In this document: positions 51,052-59,157 of the stretch, piece after piece
Position numbering within the stretch: position 1 is the first letter of the stretch
How the letters are laid out: each line of letters opens with the position of its first letter
Source: an uncultured Enterobacterales bacterium
GTDB taxonomy: Bacteria; Myxococcota_A; UBA796; JAFGLY01
Length of the DNA stretch: 64,000 nucleotides
Reading direction: 5' to 3'
Assembly: GCA_964481655.1 (NCBI GenBank)
Contig: CAYZVO010000015.1
Location: forward strand, 789 to 64,788
Notes under the pieces: generated by a model
Told to the model about the DNA's origin: nothing
Database searches by the model: none
What the model saw: only the letters and a program-made list of their open reading frames with translations
Translations under genes and position numbers: made by a program

Positions 51052-52035
51052 ATGATCAACTTCGCCATCCTCGCCTTGGCGACGGCCGTCGCCAGCGAGC
51101 CACCCGCCGTCGGTGAGCGCAGCGCCAGCGTGTCCGAGCTGCTCCGCGCCAGCGGCCCCGCCAAGCTCGAGGCTTGCGGCGACGATCTGGCCTGCATGGT
51201 CGATGTCTACGGCAGCTTCGAGCCGACGGTCCCCGGCCAGGCCGCCCCGGGCAGCCCCCACTTCGACCTCGAGGTGCTCTACACCGCCAAGCGCTTCGAG
51301 CGAGGGCTGGAGCTCACGCAGCAGCGCCTGGCCGCGGATCCCGACGATCTCGTGCTGGCCTGGATGGAGGCCCGCTTCTACTACGAGCTGGGGGAGCTGC
51401 ACGGCGAGGACTTCGACAAGGAGGCCTGGTACGAGGCCATGCTGGCCAAGGTGGAGGCGGCGATGGCCCGCCACCCGAGCGACCCGCACCTGCTGTTCCT
51501 GCACGGCCTGGCCATGGGGCGGCTGGGCACGACCCGCGGGGTGTTGTCCACCCTGGGCTTCGTGGACGACGTCGAGGCCGCCTGGCTGGCGGCCGAGGCC
51601 GCGGGCACCCGCTACGCCAGCCTGGGCCTCGAGGAGCACCTGCCCTGCGACCACGCCCTGGTGCTGGGCATCTTCTACCGGATCATCCCCGACTCCTGGA
51701 TCATCGAGCTGATCACCGGCACCCGGGGCGACATCGACAAGAGCCTGGCCTACCACGAGGCCTCCTGCAGCTGCTCGCCGGATCGGATCCGCAGCATGAT
51801 TGAGCTGGCGGTCACCCAGCTGTGCATCGGTCACAGCCGCGACGACGCGGCCATGCTGGCCCAGGGCCAGGCCACGCTGTCCCGCATCCGGGCCCTGCCC
51901 CCCAGCCTGCCCACAGACCTCATCGACCAGGAGCACGCCCCCCTGCTGGCGGCCCACCCGGAGCTGGCTTGCGGCTACTCCCGCGACGGGATGCAGGAGC
52001 AGGACACCAGCGAGCTCGAGGCGGGGGCCCACTGA
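51052..52035 (+). CDS. hypothetical secreted helical (TPR-like) protein
   Basis: GGGAGG RBS. Signal-like N-terminus MINFAILALATAVA. 327 aa, helical repeats, several Cys. Confidence 0.6.
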   Translation: MINFAILALATAVASEPPAVGERSASVSELLRASGPAKLEACGDDLACMVDVYGSFEPTVPGQAAPGSPHFDLEVLYTAKRFERGLELTQQRLAADPDDLVLAWMEARFYYELGELHGEDFDKEAWYEAMLAKVEAAMARHPSDPHLLFLHGLAMGRLGTTRGVLSTLGFVDDVEAAWLAAEAAGTRYASLGLEEHLPCDHALVLGIFYRIIPDSWIIELITGTRGDIDKSLAYHEASCSCSPDRIRSMIELAVTQLCIGHSRDDAAMLAQGQATLSRIRALPPSLPTDLIDQEHAPLLAAHPELACGYSRDGMQEQDTSELEAGAH

Positions 52036-52041
52036 GCGGGG

Positions 52042-53598
52042 TCACTCGGTCCGCATCTCCAGCCCGTCCAGCTCCACCGTGCCGCTCTCCGCGGTGATGG
52101 TCAGGCGGGTGTGGAAGACCGCTCGGCCGCCGCTCGGCGCGGTGGCCTCGAGCTCGTGGAAGCTCCAGTCGCTGCCCAGCTCGATGGTCTCGCTGTGGCT
52201 GTCCAGCGGTGTGGTCCACATGGCCTGATCCCGGAAGTCGATGGTGACGGTGGCGCTGTCTCCATCGGCGGCGCCCCGCAGCCACAGGCCGACGGTGACG
52301 CGGTCGCCGTCCCGGGCCGGGTTGGGCTGGTGGGTGGAGGCGCCGTCGCTCAGGCGCAGGTAGGCGTCGCCTTCGTAGGCCCCGGTGGAATCCACCACCC
52401 GCTCTACGCCGGCGTCGTCGAGGTAGCGCCAGCCGTAGCCGCCGAAGGGGGCCACCTGCTCGAAGCCACCGTTGGCCAGGCCGCCGTCGGCGCCGAAGCC
52501 GGACATCAGGGCGGGCTCCTCGGCCTCCCAGCCCAGCACCTCCTCGAGGTGGGCGATGAGCACCCGGGCCATGCCGCCGTGGTCGTACTCGCAGCCGTGC
52601 CACTGCTCGAAGACCCAGGGGAAGGTCGCCACCGACACGTTCGGGTCCCCGTAGGCGTCCACCACCTCGGCGGTGTAGTCGGCGGGTTCGTCGTAGGCCC
52701 AGCCCCAGCCGTTGTAGACCACGATGTGGGCGTCGGGCTGGGCGGCGCGGAGCAGGTCGAGCATGGTCTCGTAGCGGCCGCGGATGGTGGGCTCGGAGGC
52801 CCCGTAGATGTCGTTGGCACCCAGGTTCATCACCACCACATCGGCGGGGTGTTCGGCGTGGTCCCAGGTGGGCTCGCTGTCGTACCAGCTCTGGCGATCG
52901 TACAGGGAGGTCATGCCCTGCAGGGTCTCCCCGGAGACGGAGATGTTGTGGTAGTCGGCCCCGAAGGCCCTGGCGACGACCCCTGCGTAGGTGAAGTGGC
53001 TGCCGTCGGTCTCGACGCCACCCTGGTTGCGCTCGCTCATCAGGGACGAGCCGGCCAGGTTGCTGTCGCCGTAGAACTCCATGCGGCGAGGGGCGGGCTC
53101 CGGCGGATCGAGCAGGTCCTCGCCTGCCAGGCCGAAGCCCCAGATCTCCAGATCGATGCCGAAGTAGGTCTCCTTGATCAGCTCGACGCTGTGCTCACCG
53201 GGCTCCAGGTCCTCGGCGAGCGCGAGATAGCTCAGGCCGGAGGTGACGAGGCGTTGGGAGCCGAGCTGGTCTCCGTCGATCACCACCCGGAACGCCTCGT
53301 CGTGGTTGCCAGCGTCCATGGTCACCCACAGGTCGGTGCCCTCGAAGCGCAGCGCCACGCTGGAGCCCTGCCAGCCGGCGCTCGGGGCGCTGCGATCGGT
53401 GAAGTTCCACCGGCCCGTGTAGCGCAGGCGGGGATCGTCGGGCTCGATGGCCAGGGGGTCGGTGGGCCGCCCGCTGTCCCCGGTGTCGTCGGAGCTGCTG
53501 TCGTCCGGGATGCTGTCGACCGGGGGGGCGCTGTCCGTGTCACCGGGGCCGGGGCAGCCGATCAGCAGGGGCAGCAGGATGATGGTCGCGCGGGTCAC
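52042..53598 (-). CDS. SGNH/GDSL hydrolase lipoprotein with N-terminal beta-sandwich (CE2-like layout) and C-terminal CBM4_9-like module
   Basis: GTG 53598 after GGAGGAG. VTRATIILLPLLIGC lipobox. FYGDSNLAG (block I), NLGANDI (block III). C-terminal ANGGFEQ...DGLEMRTE jelly-roll pattern. Confidence 0.75.
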   Translation of the reverse strand: MTRATIILLPLLIGCPGPGDTDSAPPVDSIPDDSSSDDTGDSGRPTDPLAIEPDDPRLRYTGRWNFTDRSAPSAGWQGSSVALRFEGTDLWVTMDAGNHDEAFRVVIDGDQLGSQRLVTSGLSYLALAEDLEPGEHSVELIKETYFGIDLEIWGFGLAGEDLLDPPEPAPRRMEFYGDSNLAGSSLMSERNQGGVETDGSHFTYAGVVARAFGADYHNISVSGETLQGMTSLYDRQSWYDSEPTWDHAEHPADVVVMNLGANDIYGASEPTIRGRYETMLDLLRAAQPDAHIVVYNGWGWAYDEPADYTAEVVDAYGDPNVSVATFPWVFEQWHGCEYDHGGMARVLIAHLEEVLGWEAEEPALMSGFGADGGLANGGFEQVAPFGGYGWRYLDDAGVERVVDSTGAYEGDAYLRLSDGASTHQPNPARDGDRVTVGLWLRGAADGDSATVTIDFRDQAMWTTPLDSHSETIELGSDWSFHELEATAPSGGRAVFHTRLTITAESGTVELDGLEMRTE

Positions 53599-54521
53599 GG
53601 TAGCTCTCCTCCTCGGCCGAACAGCCCGAAGGCGCCGCCGGTGTGCCAGAACAGCACCCTCCCGGTCATGCGTCCGGCGCGGGCCTCGCTGACGATGGCG
53701 TGCATGGCCTTGCCCGTGTAGCACGGGTCCACCAGCAGGCCCTCGCTGCGGGCGGTGAGCGCGATGGACTCCCAGCAGGCGCGGTCGGCCACGCCGTAGG
53801 CCGGGCCGGTGTAGCGGTCGTCGATGGACCAGCCCGCCGGGTCCACGGCCTGTGCACCGGCGGCCTGGTGCAGGGCCCGCACGCGGGCGGTGAAGCTCTC
53901 GGCGTCGTCGCAGACGGCGATGCCGTGCACGTGGCCCCGCAGCCCAGCCATGGCCAGGCCGGCCGCGGTGCCCCCGGAGCCCACCGCCACCACGTGGTGG
54001 TCGAAGCGCTCGTCGCCCAGCTCGCGGGTGGCGTCGGCGTAGGCGCGCGCGCCGTCGGCGTTGCTGCCACCCTCGGGGATCACCCAGGGGCGGGCCCCCT
54101 GGGCCCGCAGGCGCGCGGCGATGGACTCCATGATGGCGTCCCGCTCGCAGCGGTACTCATCGGGGGTGCACCAGTGGATGGTGGCCCCCAGCAGCCGGTC
54201 CAGCAGCAGGTTTCCGTCGGGCACGGCGGGGTCTTCGCCCCGCAGCAGCAGCACCGGCTGCAGCCCCAGCATCCGGGCCGCGACCGCGGTGGCCCGGCAG
54301 TGGTTGGACTGGATGCCGCCGGTGGTGATCAGGGTGTCTGCGCCGGCGGCCACGGCCTTGGCCAGGATGCGCTCGAGCTTGCGCACCTTGTTGCCCGACA
54401 GGCCCAGGCCGGTCAGGTCGTCGCGCTTGGCCCACAGCTCGATGCCGAGGGCGGCGGACAGGCGGGTCAGGGGCCTCAGCGGGGTGGGGAGCCGGGCGAG
54501 GGTGAGGGATGCTGGAGGCAT
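53595..54521 (-). CDS. PLP-dependent D-cysteine desulfhydrase / ACC deaminase family protein
   Basis: GAGGA RBS then ATG 54521. LWAKRDDLTGLGLSGNKVRKLE (PLP lysine motif), TTGGIQSNHCRATA, VVAVGSGGTAAG. Its stop overlaps the GTG of the SGNH gene (GTGA). The track ORF continuing to 56762 is read-through artefact. Confidence 0.85.
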   Translation of the reverse strand: MPPASLTLARLPTPLRPLTRLSAALGIELWAKRDDLTGLGLSGNKVRKLERILAKAVAAGADTLITTGGIQSNHCRATAVAARMLGLQPVLLLRGEDPAVPDGNLLLDRLLGATIHWCTPDEYRCERDAIMESIAARLRAQGARPWVIPEGGSNADGARAYADATRELGDERFDHHVVAVGSGGTAAGLAMAGLRGHVHGIAVCDDAESFTARVRALHQAAGAQAVDPAGWSIDDRYTGPAYGVADRACWESIALTARSEGLLVDPCYTGKAMHAIVSEARAGRMTGRVLFWHTGGAFGLFGRGGELP

Positions 54522-54668
54522 GGAGTCCTCGGGATGGGTGGCGTCCGCTCCGTATCGCTCCGGAGTTCTCGGCGCTCCGGCGGCCCTGGTGGCGATCAGC
54601 ACCGGACGTCTTCCCGTTGGACACGTCGTCCCTGTCGGGGCAAGCTGCCCTCGATTCTGGAGGCTCCC

Positions 54669-55250
54669 ATGTTCGGCATCGTCGTGTTGGTCACGCTGTT
54701 CCTGCCCCTCTCCGCCCACGCCGCCCCTCAGGGATGCGAGGCGGTCTGCACGGCCCTCAGCGCTGCGGGTGAACAGTGCATGGCGGATCTCGGACCCGAC
54801 CAGGAGCCCTGCACTACGCTGACCGGCAAGCTCCTGGACACCTGCGCCCTGGGCGAGGAGGCCAAGCCCGATGACTGCCTGGCCATCTGCGCCTCCCTGG
54901 TGTCTCTGGACCTGGCCTGCGACGACGACAAGGGCAAGGACAACGACGTCTGCAGGGCTATCGACGACATGGCCGACGATCTCTGCGCCGGCGAGGAACC
55001 CGACGCCAAGGACGAGGAGGTCGAGGCGGTGGGCGAGGGCGAGCCGCCCCCCGGAGGCGAGGAGGACCCGGACATGGGCGGGCCCGACCATGGCAAGCCC
55101 CCTGATCACGATGACCAGGCCAAGGGCGGACCGGCCGGTGAGGCCATCGTGCAGCCGGAAGGCGCCTGCGGCTGCGCGGCTGGCACCAGCCCCGCGACCG
55201 CGTCCCTGCTGCTGCTGCCGTTGTTGGGGCTCGCGATCCGCCGCGGCTAG
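54669..55250 (+). CDS. Cys-rich acidic secreted protein with canonical MYXO-CTERM tag
   Basis: GGAGG RBS. Signal peptide MFGIVVLVTLFLPLSAHA. About 10 Cys in the mature part. Ends GACGCAAGTSPATASLLLLPLLGLAIRRG. Confidence 0.75.
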   Translation: MFGIVVLVTLFLPLSAHAAPQGCEAVCTALSAAGEQCMADLGPDQEPCTTLTGKLLDTCALGEEAKPDDCLAICASLVSLDLACDDDKGKDNDVCRAIDDMADDLCAGEEPDAKDEEVEAVGEGEPPPGGEEDPDMGGPDHGKPPDHDDQAKGGPAGEAIVQPEGACGCAAGTSPATASLLLLPLLGLAIRRG

Positions 55251-56650
55251 CGGCCTCGGCGCAGCGTCGTGAGCATGGCCGCCAGCCGGAGGGGATAGGC
55301 CGGCTCGCGGATGGCGAGGCGGGCCAGGCGCGCGATGGTGCGCGGGTGGGCATAGAAGCGCCGCAGGGACCAGGCGCTCCAGCGGTTCAGCGCCGCGGGC
55401 TCCATGCCGCAGACTGCCTCTGGTCGGCCGGCGTGCTCCTGGTGCAGGGCCGAGCCCTCGATCAGGGACAGGGGGTTGAAGTGGGCGAAGTCGGCACCCA
55501 CCTCGAGGGCGAACTCGGGGTTGGCCCGCAGGCTCTCCGGGGTCTCCCCCGGCAGGCCCAGGACGAACTGCAGCGCCACGCTCATGCCCGCGCGGCGGGC
55601 GATGGGGATGGCCCGGCGCACCAGGGCGCGCTCTCCGGGATCCCGGCCGGCGCCCCGGAGCACCGTGGGGTCCGCCGACTGCACGCCCACGATCAGCAGG
55701 GCGCAGCCCGCCCGGGCCAGCGCCTGGAGCTTGGCCTCGGCGTCCCTGGCGAACACCACGGGGTGGGTGGTGCAGACCCAGCGCAGGGGGTAGCGGCGGG
55801 CGGCGAGCTCGCTGCAGAAGCGCTCCAGCCAGCGGGGGTCGATGCCGAAGGCGTCGTCCAGGAACGAGATTGAGCGCACCCCCAGCCGGCCGACCAGGTC
55901 GTCGACCTCGGCCAGCACCGTCTCCACCGACCGGTGACGGACCACCGGGTACAGGCCCGGCAGAGCGCAGAAGCTGCAGCGCCCGAAGCAGCCGCGGCTG
56001 GTCATGACCGTGGCGAAGGGCAGGCGCATGAAGGGCAGCCGCCAGTCGTGGTAGCGCCCGACGCTGGTCTCGTGGGCGAAGGGGAAGGGCAGGGCGTCGA
56101 GGTCCACCGGCGCGGCGGGCTCCGCCGCGATGGTGGGGACCCCCGGGGCGGCGTGGGCGATGCCGGGGATCGCCTCGAGGGCGGGGGCGCCGCCGCGGGC
56201 GTGGTCCACCAGCTGCAGGATCGTGTGCTCGCCCTCGCCGATGGCCACCGCGTCTGCGCCCGCCTCGAGGTAGCGGCGCCAGGCGGGGTGGTCGGGCCCA
56301 CCGACGGCGATGAGCGCGTCGGGCAGCGCGGCGCGGGCCGACCGCACCAGCTCGAGGGCCAGGGCCCGGCTGGGGGTGGTGGCGCTGATGCCGCACAGCG
56401 ATGGACGCTCGCGGCGCAGGTGCGCCAGGAACTCGGAGACGGTGCGGGGGCGCTCGAAGCCGTTGAGCAGGGTCGCCTCGATGCCGCGCTCGCGCCACAG
56501 GACCGCCGCCAGCTGCTGCAGGCCGAGCACCGGCATGCTCCGGATTCGGGCCTCGGCCAGGCGATCGGCCGGGGTCGTGGCCGGATCGTGGCCCGGGGCG
56601 ATCAGGCACACGCCGCCCTGGGGGCGCTGAGCTCCGGGGGCCGGCGTCAT
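55247..56650 (-). CDS. B12-binding domain-containing radical SAM protein (class B)
   Basis: N-terminal Rossmann-like B12 domain (CLIAPG...GISATTP...IAVGGPDH). Radical SAM motif SRGCFGRCSFC (CX3CX2C). ATG 56650 overlaps the upstream TGA. Confidence 0.85.
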   Translation of the reverse strand: MTPAPGAQRPQGGVCLIAPGHDPATTPADRLAEARIRSMPVLGLQQLAAVLWRERGIEATLLNGFERPRTVSEFLAHLRRERPSLCGISATTPSRALALELVRSARAALPDALIAVGGPDHPAWRRYLEAGADAVAIGEGEHTILQLVDHARGGAPALEAIPGIAHAAPGVPTIAAEPAAPVDLDALPFPFAHETSVGRYHDWRLPFMRLPFATVMTSRGCFGRCSFCALPGLYPVVRHRSVETVLAEVDDLVGRLGVRSISFLDDAFGIDPRWLERFCSELAARRYPLRWVCTTHPVVFARDAEAKLQALARAGCALLIVGVQSADPTVLRGAGRDPGERALVRRAIPIARRAGMSVALQFVLGLPGETPESLRANPEFALEVGADFAHFNPLSLIEGSALHQEHAGRPEAVCGMEPAALNRWSAWSLRRFYAHPRTIARLARLAIREPAYPLRLAAMLTTLRRGR

Positions 56651-59136
56651 GGGCTGGCCTCGTGGTCCGGCGCGGGCACGGCCCAGGGCTCGCGGGTAGG
56701 GGCGTGGCCCCGCTCGGCGCCGGCGAGAGCCCCTTCCAGGATCGCGCGCCAGCCTGGCTCATCCAGCGACGCCAACGCCGCGTCGATGGCCCCGGAGTCG
56801 GGGGCCGCCCGCTGCAGGTTCCAGGCCAGGCCCTGGATGCAGGCGTGCTGCAGGGGGGGCTCCAGGGCTGCCAGCCAGCGATTCGGTCGGTCCAGCGGGT
56901 CCCCGGCGTCCCAGCCGCCGCGGCACAGGCCGTGGGCGAAGGCAGGCTGCGCGGCTGGGCCCACCACCGCGAGCGAGGCCAGGGGGTCGGCGTGGGGGTC
57001 GTCGCTCTCGTCGCCGGCCCGCCAGCCTAGCTCCTCCAGCAGGGCCGGGTGGTAGTCCTCGGGGTAGCGCTGGGCCACGGCGATGGCGGCCGGGAGGTCG
57101 TCCCCGAGACGCTGCTGCAGGCCGATGCGCACTCCGTTGTGGGGGCCCATCTCCACCCGCCGGGCCAGCTCCTCGGCGAAGGGCACCACCTGCTCAGGGT
57201 CGGCCTCCACGGCGATGGTGAAGTGCATCAGCAGGCCGTCGTGGGCGTGGAAGCGGTAGGGCTCGGGGATGGCGGCTTCGATGACCCCCAGCTGGGCCTC
57301 CAGGGCCACCAGATCCCAGGGGTAGGCGTGGGCCAGGCCGTCCCAGAAGTCGTCCCGCAGGGCGCGGGGGAGCTGCGCGGCGCGGGCCCGTGCGGCGTCG
57401 AGATCGCCGCTGGTGCCGAGCTGCTCGCCCAGCATGAAGGCCGCCAGCCAGGAGCCGGCGTGCCCCGGCTCGCTGTCGTCGCTGTCGAGGCCGCAGGCGG
57501 GGTGGGCCAGCAGGGTCCAACCGCTCGGCGGTTCGTGGACAGTCGTCAACCCCAGGGCCGACGGCGGGATCGCCGCGGGCAGGGACTCGGGCCGTTCGAT
57601 GGCCACCATCACACAGCGCTCCCCCTCGATCAGCGCGCGCACCCCGGCCAGATCCTCCGCGGTATCCGCCGGGGGCTCCCGCAGGATCCGGGAGAGCTGC
57701 CGCAGGGCCGGCTCGACCCAGATCAGCTGGTCGGTGGAGGGCTCGGGTTGCCACATGTCCAGGTAGAAGCTGCCGCGGGTGTCGAGCTCGAGGTCCTCCC
57801 GGGCCATGACCACCAGCCAGGTGCTCTGGACATCGAGCTCGGCCAGGGTAGGCTCGAGGCGCAGGGAGGCCTCGGGGACCTCGAGGGTCCGCACGCGGGC
57901 CTCGACGGCGGTCCACAGCACCAGGCCCAGCGCCGCCGCCCACAGCATCGTGGCTCCCCGGCCGGGCAGGCGCGCGGTGAGGGCCGCGATCCCGGCGGCC
58001 GCCAGGCAGGTCAGGCAGAGCACGGGCCAGGCGGTGATCATGTCCAGCCTGCGGGCTCGCCACAGGACGTCGGACGCCTGCAGCAGGGGCAGCAGCTGGT
58101 CCGGCAGGGCGGTGATGAGGGCCAAGCCGCCGGCCATGAGCACGGTCACCGCGATGAGCACAGCCCGCTCCCGGCGGCCGATGCCGGTGGGCAGGGCGAC
58201 GCCTGCGATGGCCAGCAGCGCCACCAGCCAGGGCCAGGGGGAGCCAGCGGGGAGCAGGTGGGCCCGCCAGAGGCGGTGGTCGAACAGGGGGTTGGGGCTC
58301 TCGCCGATGGTCATCTCGGCCAATTCGGCGCGCTGCCGCTCCAGCACGTCCGTCAGGCCCGGCAGCAGAGGGGAGACCATCGCCACGGCCAGGGCCCCGG
58401 CGATGGCCACCCGGGCGGCGCCGCGCGCGCGCCCCCGCGGGCCGGGGAGCGCGACGGCCGCGAGCAGGACGATCCCTCCGACCGGGATCAGGCCGATGGC
58501 GAGTACCGGGCTGCTCAGGGCCAGCGCAGCCATGGCGACGCCGGCGGCGGGTGGCCCCCACAGATCGCGGCTGTCAGGCAGGCGCAGCAGCAGGATGAGG
58601 CAGAGGGGCAGCAGGGCGATCAGCCCGTAGTCCAGGCTGCTGCAGTGGACGGTGTGGATGACGAAGGGAGAGACCGCGAACAGCAGGCCGGTGAGCACCG
58701 CGGGGCCGCCCCGCCCCAGCAGCCGCCAGGCCAGCGCGGTCGCCAGCAGCGCCGCGGCCCACCAGGCGGCGAGCATGGACAGGTTGAAGGCCAGGATCGG
58801 GTGGAGCCAGCTGATGGGACCCCGCAACATCAGCGAGGGCAGGAAGGTGAACAGCTCCTGGTCTCGCAGGGGCTCGTGGCGCTCGAGGGCCTGGCCGATG
58901 GCCGCCAGACGATCGCAGGCCTGGGCGGCGTAGCCGAGCTCATCGATGGGGTCGACGGTCTGGAACCCCGGGCAGGCCGCGGCCATCAGCCAGCGATCGA
59001 GCACCGGCAGCAGGCTCCACTCCACCAGCAGCAGGACCCCCAGCAGGGCTCCGGCGGCCACCAGGACCCAGCCCCAGAGGGGCAGCGGCCCGCGGGGGGG
59101 CGTGTCCTGGGCAGCGCTGATGCTGGGGTCGCTCAT
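56647..59136 (-). CDS. large polytopic membrane protein with soluble C-terminal helical domain (GT-C-like topology, function unknown)
   Basis: 829 aa. About 10-12 hydrophobic segments in the first ~400 aa, then a soluble ~400-aa domain. High GC3. Confidence 0.65.
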   Translation of the reverse strand: MSDPSISAAQDTPPRGPLPLWGWVLVAAGALLGVLLLVEWSLLPVLDRWLMAAACPGFQTVDPIDELGYAAQACDRLAAIGQALERHEPLRDQELFTFLPSLMLRGPISWLHPILAFNLSMLAAWWAAALLATALAWRLLGRGGPAVLTGLLFAVSPFVIHTVHCSSLDYGLIALLPLCLILLLRLPDSRDLWGPPAAGVAMAALALSSPVLAIGLIPVGGIVLLAAVALPGPRGRARGAARVAIAGALAVAMVSPLLPGLTDVLERQRAELAEMTIGESPNPLFDHRLWRAHLLPAGSPWPWLVALLAIAGVALPTGIGRRERAVLIAVTVLMAGGLALITALPDQLLPLLQASDVLWRARRLDMITAWPVLCLTCLAAAGIAALTARLPGRGATMLWAAALGLVLWTAVEARVRTLEVPEASLRLEPTLAELDVQSTWLVVMAREDLELDTRGSFYLDMWQPEPSTDQLIWVEPALRQLSRILREPPADTAEDLAGVRALIEGERCVMVAIERPESLPAAIPPSALGLTTVHEPPSGWTLLAHPACGLDSDDSEPGHAGSWLAAFMLGEQLGTSGDLDAARARAAQLPRALRDDFWDGLAHAYPWDLVALEAQLGVIEAAIPEPYRFHAHDGLLMHFTIAVEADPEQVVPFAEELARRVEMGPHNGVRIGLQQRLGDDLPAAIAVAQRYPEDYHPALLEELGWRAGDESDDPHADPLASLAVVGPAAQPAFAHGLCRGGWDAGDPLDRPNRWLAALEPPLQHACIQGLAWNLQRAAPDSGAIDAALASLDEPGWRAILEGALAGAERGHAPTREPWAVPAPDHEASP

Positions 59137-59157
59137 GGCGGGCTTTGGGGTGGAGGG

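Noticed and set aside
54522-56762. Upstream two-thirds of track ORF 53595..56762 (1055 aa)
   Set aside because: Only the last 308 codons (from ATG 54521, with a GAGGA RBS) have PLP-enzyme motifs. The remainder is Pro/Arg/Gly-rich read-through across the intergenic region, the antisense of the MYXO-CTERM gene, and an alternate frame of the radical SAM gene.
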